Virus record (IMG/VR): IMGVR_UViG_3300021079_000006
Location: 1 to 64,000 of that record
DNA length: 64,000 bases
Source: an uncultured virus (IMG/VR IMGVR_UViG_3300021079_000006)
Lineage: Duplodnaviria > Heunggongvirae > Uroviricota > Caudoviricetes
Direction: 5' to 3' (one strand)
Shown here: piece by piece, positions 57,387-64,000 of the stretch
Layout of the letters: each line of letters starts with the position of its first letter
Position numbering within the stretch: the first letter of the stretch is position 1
Program-made: the position numbers and the translations under genes
Notes under the pieces: model-generated
What the model was told of the DNA's origin: nothing
Databases searched by the model: none
Seen by the model: only the letters and a program-made list of their open reading frames with translations

Positions 57387-57986
57387 CTAGAACGGGATGT
57401 CGTCGTCGGTCAGATCAATCGGGTCCGATGCGTACACCGTGCGCTGCGGAGTTGCCGGGCGGGACGCTGGAGCGGCTGCTGGAGCTGCCCCGGTCTCGGC
57501 CTGAATGGACTTCGCCACGGCTTGCAGCTTCCGGGACAACGCCGACATTTTGGTGCGGTCGAGCGGTGTTCCCGCCGGGCGGGCGTCGGGATCGTTGAGC
57601 CACGTCGCTTCATACATAGGCTCGCCCTTTTTTGTGTACGCTAGCTCCCGGCCTCCATTCTGGCCAGCCTTGGTCCGCTGCTCGATTGTCACGAGCACTG
57701 CCCGGCCTTCGAGGAACCCGTCGCCTTGAGCCAGTAGGTCAAACCAGTTTGCCGGGGCCTTGAGAGCCTCAAGAAGCATGCGAGACGTGCGTGCTATTGA
57801 TTTATCGGACGAGATATACCCCTCCCAGATGATAGTGCATCCGCCCTGCGCGGGATCTTCTGGATCGATGACAAGAGGTATGCGGACAAACTCCGCTCCG
57901 TTGTCGGTTTCTGACAACCAACCCCCGGTCGTGGGGCGCTGGACATATGCCCGGAAACGTCCGGGTTGCGTGATGTATTTGCTCAT
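57387..57986 (-). CDS. Single-stranded DNA-binding protein (DUF669-like)
   Basis: PG.F.A N-terminus and acidic DDDIPF tail; follows the Sak4-like gene. Confidence 0.7.
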   Translation of the reverse strand: MSKYITQPGRFRAYVQRPTTGGWLSETDNGAEFVRIPLVIDPEDPAQGGCTIIWEGYISSDKSIARTSRMLLEALKAPANWFDLLAQGDGFLEGRAVLVTIEQRTKAGQNGGRELAYTKKGEPMYEATWLNDPDARPAGTPLDRTKMSALSRKLQAVAKSIQAETGAAPAAAPASRPATPQRTVYASDPIDLTDDDIPF

Positions 57987-57988
57987 GG

Positions 57989-58867
57989 TTATTGTAGTGA
58001 CTGAAGTTTAACTATCCCTGCCTTAATGCGGTCAGCTGGAAGGGTTTCAATTGGGGTTTTGGTATACGCAACCTTCTGCTCTTTTGTGAGCGTTGAGGTG
58101 GTGAGTAGTGCAGTGAATTCCTGACGCAACTTTGCTGGAGAATTGGCGTCAACTGCGGCTGCAAACTCTTCGTAAGACAGGTTCAACGTCTCTGGCAGTG
58201 AGAGGCGATTCTTGGCATCCCAGCCCGGGCTCCAACAAGTCTGAATGATGCGGCCTCCACCGATAGTCTTGTCTGGCTTGCCCCCAGCGGACTTAGTTTT
58301 GAACACCTCGTACACGGCGAACAGGCAAGCGTCTGGCCATTCCCGGAGAATCCCGGTGAATCCCTTGTGCCCCTTCATCTCGTAACGGTCCCACTGCTCG
58401 CCCCCGGGCTGAGTAAAGGTCTTAATCTGGACGTGGCTGAGAAGAATGATGCCAAACTTCTGGCGTTCTCGGAGCGTGTCGAGTTTGTTGAGCAGTGCAG
58501 ACAGCTCGAACTCGGCAACCTTGTAGCCTTTGCCAAAGCCGTAGCTTTCAATGTTAGTCTGGCCATCTCTTTTACAGACGTACCCGTGGATAGACCGCTC
58601 CAAGGAGTCTGTGGTGTCAACTACGAGGGTTTTGAAATCCCCGGGATTGGTGGTCAACTCATCGACTGTGGCCAGCGTGTCACCAAACGAGTCAGGGGTG
58701 ATGCGGGCGACATGATCGAGCCCAGTGAGCCCTTGCTCTTGGCTGATAAACAACGGCGATGGCGCTGCTGCTCCAAATGTTGACTTACCGATGCCTTCTG
58801 GACCGGAAAGAAGGATGCGTGGGGGGAGGGATTCTCCGCCTCGTTTAATTTTTGCTAGTATGCTCAT
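57989..58867 (-). CDS. Sak4-like AAA ATPase (single-strand annealing recombinase)
   Basis: GPEGIGKST, LVVDTTD, GFGKGY, LLSH, AKNR. Confidence 0.85.
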   Translation of the reverse strand: MSILAKIKRGGESLPPRILLSGPEGIGKSTFGAAAPSPLFISQEQGLTGLDHVARITPDSFGDTLATVDELTTNPGDFKTLVVDTTDSLERSIHGYVCKRDGQTNIESYGFGKGYKVAEFELSALLNKLDTLRERQKFGIILLSHVQIKTFTQPGGEQWDRYEMKGHKGFTGILREWPDACLFAVYEVFKTKSAGGKPDKTIGGGRIIQTCWSPGWDAKNRLSLPETLNLSYEEFAAAVDANSPAKLRQEFTALLTTSTLTKEQKVAYTKTPIETLPADRIKAGIVKLQSLQ

Positions 58868-58877
58868 ATGTATCGAT

Positions 58878-59933
58878 TTACTGGTTAACTACGAAGTGCC
58901 GCAGAAACTCTTCTGCCGCGTTGTGGAAGCCTGTGCCAAGAGCAAGGGCTTCGTCAATCTCTCCCAGCCTTTTTGTTGGCTGTTCGTAACGGAGAAAGTG
59001 ATACCTGCTGCACTTGCGAAGTGCCGTCAGGCGCGAGTTGGTCAGGAGCTGTTTTTCTCCTTCCTTGAGGGTCAGCTCTGCGTGTTTTGTCGCAGGTCCG
59101 AATCGGATGTTGTCCACGGTCGCCCGGCCTGCGCACAGGTCGTAGAACTCGCAGGTTCCGTACTGCGTGCACGCTCCCGGGTTTCGTGGCCATAGGTTGC
59201 GATTGCGGAAATACAGAAGTTGCTGGGACATGGCCCACGCATCCCCCATGTACTCAAGCAGGTCGTTGTCGGTGCGTCCGACTTCCTTTACAGCAAAGTA
59301 AGAATCCCGCTTTTCATTGATCTCACCAAGCGTCCGGGCGGATAACTCCTCGAGGGTCTCTGGCCGGGTTTGTAAGACGTACCCGGCGTCAGTGTCCGCC
59401 GTCTGTCTCCACTTTTTTCCGTCCTTTGTGCGTACCCGCTCCCCGGCTGCGTCGAGGACGATCTTGACGCCCTCCTCGTCCAGCAACGGAATGTTGCCAA
59501 GCTTATACCCGGGCTTGCGGACAACGTCGTACACGACCGTGTTGGCGTCGATGCCCCGGGAGCGCAGGCTTAGGATGTACTTGCTGATCTGGGTGTCCAT
59601 TGTGAGACGCCCCCAATACATCGAGTCGGCGTCGATTGAGTCGCTGGTCGTTTTGTGCTCGAGGACCTTGAGCACCCCGGTCTGCTTGTGACGCAGGACC
59701 CCGTCGATCTTCCCGGCTTCGAGGAAAGACCGAGAGGGAGCCTCGGTCTCCGGGTTTAGCAGTGGGAACGTGAATTCCGACTCCACTTCAAGAACGTCGT
59801 GCGCCTCGAGCACCGGGATGAATGACTCCACCCAGCCCATGAATAGGCCCCGGGCTTTGGCCAGCGCCACGTCGGTTGCCGGGACCCGGGAAAGACCGCC
59901 AGTGACTGCGGTACGATAGATTGATGTGTCCAT
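58878..59933 (-). CDS. Cas4/RecB-like PD-(D/E)XK exonuclease, circularly permuted
   Basis: E.EF, GKIDG, EHKT, Q...Y, C.....C.....C, followed by the normally N-terminal TNSR....C.R...Y..GT.FH...E segment. Confidence 0.85.
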   Translation of the reverse strand: MDTSIYRTAVTGGLSRVPATDVALAKARGLFMGWVESFIPVLEAHDVLEVESEFTFPLLNPETEAPSRSFLEAGKIDGVLRHKQTGVLKVLEHKTTSDSIDADSMYWGRLTMDTQISKYILSLRSRGIDANTVVYDVVRKPGYKLGNIPLLDEEGVKIVLDAAGERVRTKDGKKWRQTADTDAGYVLQTRPETLEELSARTLGEINEKRDSYFAVKEVGRTDNDLLEYMGDAWAMSQQLLYFRNRNLWPRNPGACTQYGTCEFYDLCAGRATVDNIRFGPATKHAELTLKEGEKQLLTNSRLTALRKCSRYHFLRYEQPTKRLGEIDEALALGTGFHNAAEEFLRHFVVNQ

Positions 59934-59934
59934 G

Positions 59935-60552
59935 TTAGATTTCGGTTTCTGCTTCTTCTGTTTCGATTAATTCGTCGTCTCCGTCAACCCGGCGATTGGC
60001 AACAAGCTCTGGGTAGCCGCAAGTGATTAGGTTTCTACGGAGCGTTGTGCTGCTCAACAACTGGTTGTTTTTAAAACCAACGACCCACTGGTCAAACTTG
60101 GAAAACTGGCCCTTCTCCCCGGCAATAGTGTCGCCCACGATGTCCCACCAGATAACGCAAGCTGTGTGCGCTCGTTCTGGCTCTGGAAGAAAGCCGACTT
60201 GCCATACCCATTCCTGCACCTTTCTGCCTTTTTTTAGGACACTGAACTCTTGAGTGGCATAATAAAGCGCCTCCTCTTCCAATGTGTAAGGTCTCCACGA
60301 GTTTTCATAAATTGAGTCACAGACTCGATAAAGCGCTAAAAACTGACTTGGACTTAATTTAAGTTCCGCTACTTCGGCATCCCGATTTTTAGGCTCCATG
60401 CGATTGATAAGCACAACCCTTCTTAACATTGAGGTGGCGCTGAAGTTCCCGGCAACCGCTTTGAGCATTGAGACCTGTTTTGCATCGGACCCGGTGACGG
60501 CCTGTAGCAGACCTCGGGCAATTTTGCTGTCCCACTTTTTGAGTGTTTTCAT
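59935..60552 (-). CDS. Hypothetical protein
   Basis: 205-aa coupled ORF. Confidence 0.65.
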   Translation of the reverse strand: MKTLKKWDSKIARGLLQAVTGSDAKQVSMLKAVAGNFSATSMLRRVVLINRMEPKNRDAEVAELKLSPSQFLALYRVCDSIYENSWRPYTLEEEALYYATQEFSVLKKGRKVQEWVWQVGFLPEPERAHTACVIWWDIVGDTIAGEKGQFSKFDQWVVGFKNNQLLSSTTLRRNLITCGYPELVANRRVDGDDELIETEEAETEI

Positions 60553-60767
60553 TATTCAAGACGTGAAAGGGTTTCGATTGCTGTGAAGAAGGTGATGGCG
60601 AGAAGCGCCAGAATGGCGAGGAACTCGTATGGGGTTTGCGCCAGCCTGTAGAGCCAGTACACGTCTGCTGCGCCAAGGACGAGCAGCGCCACAACAAAGG
60701 GCAGTGGGCGCTCTGGAGCCCGGTCTGCGGGGCTGCTGGGGAGGAGAATGCGAGGTGGTTTAGACAT
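60552..60767 (-). CDS. Small two-TM membrane protein
   Basis: Two hydrophobic helices; first gene 3' of the ribozyme. Confidence 0.6.
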   Translation of the reverse strand: MSKPPRILLPSSPADRAPERPLPFVVALLVLGAADVYWLYRLAQTPYEFLAILALLAITFFTAIETLSRLE

Positions 60768-60800
60768 ATGATCGATTAATTTTAATTATTACACTCTGAC

Positions 60801-60851
60801 GGCCTCGTCAGCGCCCGCATTACGGGTCGGACCCCCGGAGGGGTTTCGGCC
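60801..60851 (-). ncRNA. Hammerhead ribozyme, type II
   Basis: Minus strand GGCC-GAAA-CCCC(UCCG)GGGG-UC^-CGACCCG(UAAUG)CGGGCG-CUGACGA-GGCC contains all core nucleotides and three stems. Confidence 0.88.
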
Positions 60852-61024
60852 TAGGCTTTACGCACACTGTAGTCAATACCTTCTAGCCCCCCGTTTTCAC
60901 TAAGGTGCTGGCGGGCCAACTTCCTTGCGTCCTCGGAAGTTACGGCCTCAACTGTGAAACTGCCATTACAAGAGGAAGGATAGTAGCGGCAAGAATAAGA
61001 GCAGATGAAGGATGCGGCGTTCAT
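60851..61024 (-). CDS. 57-aa early protein (not in the ORF track)
   Basis: MNAASFICSYSC...FTVEAVTSEDARKLA...RKA*; A-rich leader; the VEA....A...A motif is common in phage early proteins. Confidence 0.55.
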   Translation of the reverse strand: MNAASFICSYSCRYYPSSCNGSFTVEAVTSEDARKLARQHLSENGGLEGIDYSVRKA

Positions 61025-61156
61025 TGGATTAGTTTATTTTTAAGGTTCACTGCGACCGACGAAATGAACTTATTCCACATCCATTTTACTGGCGAGCAAT
61101 TTGTGAATTTATTTTCAGATCTTTTCCACAAAAACACACAAGTGGCTAGTTTTAAA

Positions 61157-61330
61157 CTAGTAGCGATAGGTGGTTTTTGCCCCTTTTTTCTTTATTGGTG
61201 TTCCCAAAACAGGCCCGCGACCTTGAATTTTGTCAAAATTGGCGCGAAACTTTACGCGGTCTACCGGGCGAGCTTCATCTCCTTTTCCTGCGCCGTGTCC
61301 AAACTGGTTAGATGCAATTGGTTGCGACAT
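61157..61330 (-). CDS. 57-aa basic phage protein (not in the ORF track)
   Basis: GAGKGD..RP.....F..NFD.I motif, widespread in small phage proteins. Confidence 0.55.
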   Translation of the reverse strand: MSQPIASNQFGHGAGKGDEARPVDRVKFRANFDKIQGRGPVLGTPIKKKGAKTTYRY

Positions 61331-61517
61331 GCGGATCGATGTTAAATGTGATGTTTTTTTCTATCAATAGCTGATCAGAACGAAAGTGCCGAATGCGCCC
61401 GTCATGCAGCGCAACGGCCCAAACGTCGTTTGCAAAAGTCCCTGATTCAGAGACATATATTGCCATGCCGTCGCCTAGATCCGTTTTCACCGGGATGGGG
61501 CGTCTGAATTCAAGCAT
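61308..61517 (-). CDS. Small hypothetical protein
   Basis: PIPV.T.LG.G.A......ND.W.V...G...HF. Confidence 0.6.
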   Translation of the reverse strand: MLEFRRPIPVKTDLGDGMAIYVSESGTFANDVWAVALHDGRIRHFRSDQLLIEKNITFNIDPHVATNCI

Positions 61518-61520
61518 TAC

Positions 61521-61715
61521 TTACAGCAGTTTTTTGTGGGGATGCCCTGCATTCCCTTTTTGAGACCGCCAATCTTGCCGTTTAACTTTTTCTTTGTCTT
61601 CGGACTTAATCTGCTGTTCATCAACTCGTTTTGAGTCTCTGTGATTTCGATATGGCGCTTGAGGTGCGGATTTTTGTGGGTCATAACGTGGGATCTTTGC
61701 GGGAGGAAAGCGCAT
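61521..61715 (-). CDS. Small basic hypothetical protein
   Basis: Coupled short ORF. Confidence 0.45.
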   Translation of the reverse strand: MRFPPAKIPRYDPQKSAPQAPYRNHRDSKRVDEQQIKSEDKEKVKRQDWRSQKGNAGHPHKKLL

Positions 61716-61869
61716 GCCTGCGCAGCAAGTCTGTGCGTTTTGGTCTAGTCTCTTTGCTCCCGCCAGTTTCAGACACGGCGATTGCGTGAGCGTGACTGCG
61801 AGGAGCCATCGCTTGTTCCGCGCCTTTAATTGGCTTATGCGCTCGAGTGAATTGACTTTTAGATTTCAT
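61681..61869 (-). CDS. Small basic hypothetical protein
   Basis: Start taken at MKSKSQ; AHAIAVSE motif. Confidence 0.4.
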   Translation of the reverse strand: MKSKSQFTRAHKPIKGAEQAMAPRSHAHAIAVSETGGSKETRPKRTDLLRRHALSSRKDPTL

Positions 61870-61896
61870 GTCACAAGACAGCAACTTTAGCAGGAG

Positions 61897-62103
61897 TTAA
61901 GGCGCAGCCGAAAGAGCAGCGGCAAGCTGTTCTTGCTGTTCTTTTGGATGTTGAATTATATCTAGAAGCGTAGACGCAAGTGCCATCCGGAAAGCAAATT
62001 GCCCAGATTGTTCAATGACATCTTTTAAGATTTCTTCGGCGGTTACTTTGGAGAGATCAATGTTTTTTATGGCCTCAAGGATAGGATCAGTTTTATCGGA
62101 CAT
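61897..62103 (-). CDS. Small helical hypothetical protein
   Basis: TAATG overlap with the upstream ORF. Confidence 0.55.
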   Translation of the reverse strand: MSDKTDPILEAIKNIDLSKVTAEEILKDVIEQSGQFAFRMALASTLLDIIQHPKEQQEQLAAALSAAP

Positions 62104-62330
62104 TATTTTCTTCTTTTAGGGAGTCGCTTTGCGGGGTTTTTTTCTTTGCGGTCAAGAGGTTTGGAATCTGATGCGCCGGGCATTATCATCTTTTTGTTTT
62201 TTGGCATACTCTCCACAGGAGCAGCCATAGGCATGGATTTCTTTTTAGAGCCTCTCACAGCATCCAGCCCAATGTTAATTTCGGGAGATGCAAACTTTAG
62301 CGTAGCAGCAGATGATGATGGTGATTTCAT
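62103..62330 (-). CDS. Small K/P/M-rich protein
   Basis: ATGA overlap; low complexity and basic. Confidence 0.5.
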   Translation of the reverse strand: MKSPSSSAATLKFASPEINIGLDAVRGSKKKSMPMAAPVESMPKNKKMIMPGASDSKPLDRKEKNPAKRLPKRRK

Positions 62331-62554
62331 TGGAAAATCTCTTTGTAGAACTCGTCTGCCAAATCAAACGCAAGCGGAATTCGGTCTTCGATGTCGGTGG
62401 TAAGGTCCGGGTTGTTGATCAGGGCGTGAAATATAAGAAGCGCAGCAAGCTCTCTGATCCCCACTCCGGAATTGGCTTTCTGGGGAGGATTTACGGCATC
62501 CCCGGGATATGGCGCAACTGGCATTACTGGAAAGTTTTTTGGAATGTATGACAT
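62327..62554 (-). CDS. Small hypothetical protein
   Basis: G.GIRELAA....AL.......AF.LADEF motif common in phages. Confidence 0.6.
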   Translation of the reverse strand: MSYIPKNFPVMPVAPYPGDAVNPPQKANSGVGIRELAALLIFHALINNPDLTTDIEDRIPLAFDLADEFYKEIFQ

Positions 62555-62557
62555 AAA

Positions 62558-63268
62558 TTAGAACGTCCTAGTCTCCCACAACTTCCGAGCGCCCGCAACA
62601 TCAATGCTTGACTTCCCGATGCGGTCATTCACTGCGTTATGCAGACAAACTCCCCACGCAAAGAATTCACCAAAGTCAGCAGGGTTAAGTGCCATCCATT
62701 CTTTAAGGTGTGCCTCGCACGGGCAACCGTCAAACGGGAGAGAAGCCACCCAAGCCTCAAGCCAGTATCGCATGTCACCAAACGGGATGCATGTGGCATC
62801 AGCCCGGAGGCTATAGAGGTGCAGCTCCGCCCAGTACCGGGCTCCCTGCATAAGAATGCGGCTCTTTTGAAGTTCGCTACGCTGCTCAATCCGTTCAACC
62901 TCATTGCCGACATCAAACACCCATTTGTCGTGCGTTTCCCAGTCCGTGGACGTGGCTATTGCGGCTTCCCGCTCCAATGCCATTGCTACGACGTGCTGAC
63001 GGTGATACGGGGCAGCAGGGTCGTCCCCGGGCTCCTCGAGCTTGGGGTTGTCGGTGTCAAACTTGGTCACCTGCTCATCGGTAATGCCGTCGCGTTTGCA
63101 CAAAAACGCTTCGACCATCTCGTGGATTGCCACGAGCAGGACCGAAACGTCCCGGCCACCGTACTCTGGGACCTTGAGCATTAGTGCTCCATCGGCCAAC
63201 CATTCCCAGTCGCCAGCCGTTGGGTAACGCATTGCGCTGGGGTCTACAGTCTTAATTTCAATCCTCAT
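62558..63268 (-). CDS. HExxE domain + Erv1/Alr-like domain fusion (copy B)
   Basis: Colinear paralogue of 27..728; IHEMVEA, WAELHLY, LPFDGCPCEAH, LHNAVNDRIGK. Confidence 0.7.
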   Translation of the reverse strand: MRIEIKTVDPSAMRYPTAGDWEWLADGALMLKVPEYGGRDVSVLLVAIHEMVEAFLCKRDGITDEQVTKFDTDNPKLEEPGDDPAAPYHRQHVVAMALEREAAIATSTDWETHDKWVFDVGNEVERIEQRSELQKSRILMQGARYWAELHLYSLRADATCIPFGDMRYWLEAWVASLPFDGCPCEAHLKEWMALNPADFGEFFAWGVCLHNAVNDRIGKSSIDVAGARKLWETRTF

Positions 63269-64000
63269 CGAATGTTGATAGCCCGATTTCTTTCATCTTA
63301 TCAATTTGCTCACGCACCTGCTCAATCGCCCCGGTCTTTCCCTCGAGGTAGTACCCCTCGACAAGCTCGGCGTTCTCGAGCGCATGATCAAAAGCTTCTT
63401 CTAGCGTGTTTCCAAGTCCAACAACTGCGCCAATTTCCGGGAGTCCGCAGGATTGTGGAATAACAAAGTACCCACGGTCATCTTTGTAAATATTCCGCAA
63501 TTTAACGTAATCTCGGATCTCTTCAGGAAACCGCAGCGGTTGCCAATTCTTGTCTGCAAAGCTGCTATGAAGCATGATCTCCGCCCCGTACTTAGCAACG
63601 GGCTCCGGGTTGATCACAACTCCGTTTGCCCCGGCCCAGATACACTCGGCCAAATTTTTGTACTGTTCTTGGTAAAGCTCATTCGGAGGACTAGGAGCCC
63701 GAGCGCAGAAATCGATCATGTACGGCTTGTGGTCAGCCCCAATGCGGATCTCGGACGAGAAAAAACCACGATAGCCGTAAGCCTGAAACACCGGGACCAT
63801 GCGGTCGTTGAATCGGCGAAGAGGTTCCGGGATGTCAGCGTAATTCTTGAATACTGATGCAAATCCGCAGTCTTTAACTTCAATGCCGCTAATCAGCGTC
63901 TTGGGAAATTGGCCGTCAATTGTCCAAGCATCGGTTCCAAATTCAATCTTATCGTCGAGAGCCTCTTCGACCGTGAATTCGATGATGTCTTTGAACCTAC
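63258..64000 (-). CDS. PurD-like ATP-grasp ligase (copy B, 5' part outside the window)
   Basis: Frame is open to the window edge: EFGTDAWTIDGQFPKTLISGIEVKDCGF...IDFCARAPSPPNELYQEQ, matching 725..1993. Confidence 0.8.
   Translation of the reverse strand, partial: RFKDIIEFTVEEALDDKIEFGTDAWTIDGQFPKTLISGIEVKDCGFASVFKNYADIPEPLRRFNDRMVPVFQAYGYRGFFSSEIRIGADHKPYMIDFCARAPSPPNELYQEQYKNLAECIWAGANGVVINPEPVAKYGAEIMLHSSFADKNWQPLRFPEEIRDYVKLRNIYKDDRGYFVIPQSCGLPEIGAVVGLGNTLEEAFDHALENAELVEGYYLEGKTGAIEQVREQIDKMKEIGLSTFDED

Larger units (their letters stand above)
1..64000 (-). mobile_element. Tailed dsDNA bacteriophage genome (podovirus-like morphogenesis), about one 62.5 kb unit plus the start of a diverged second copy
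   Basis: Terminase, portal, scaffold, capsid, fibres, lysis, ejection and replication modules are co-oriented on the minus strand; no host housekeeping genes. Confidence 0.95.

Noticed and set aside
58878..59933. cas4 as part of a CRISPR-Cas locus
   Set aside because: Its context is Sak4/SSB/RusA recombination; there are no other cas genes and no array.
1..64000. Stop-codon reassignment, introns or inteins
   Set aside because: Genes tile densely under the standard code, use all three stop codons, and core genes appear uninterrupted.
62530..64000. Simple direct terminal repeat or circular assembly overlap
   Set aside because: The two ends differ extensively at nucleotide and amino-acid level; reported instead as a diverged duplication.

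Overview
The window holds what looks like one complete tailed dsDNA phage genome unit of about 62.5 kb, with podovirus-type morphogenesis genes and lambda-like initiator/DnaC replication. Essentially all genes are on the minus strand. In transcription order (right to left) the modules are: small late/terminal ORFs; early genes preceded by a type II hammerhead ribozyme; recombination and replication (circularly permuted Cas4/RecB-like nuclease, Sak4-like ATPase, SSB, RusA, DUF1376-type initiator with iterons, DnaC-like loader); small early ORFs; terminase; portal; scaffold; two head-module glycosyltransferases; a structured leader RNA; an FGE-fold protein; major capsid; collagen-like fibres; lysis cassette; more glycosyltransferases plus a methyltransferase; tail adaptor and nozzle; ejection proteins; a 3468-aa polyvalent protein; and an ATP-grasp ligase followed by an HExxE/Erv1-like fusion. 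That last gene pair occurs twice, as diverged copies at both window ends. The most notable observations are RF(M/I)P(E/D) linkers that delimit the effector domains of the giant protein, an Erv1/Alr-like sulfhydryl-oxidase domain with CxC, a shared C-terminal (T/S)FGGx motif on three ejection proteins, the ribozyme, and the permuted nuclease. All family assignments come from recognising motifs by eye; no searches were run. No integrase, repressor, DNA polymerase, tRNA or CRISPR array was seen.
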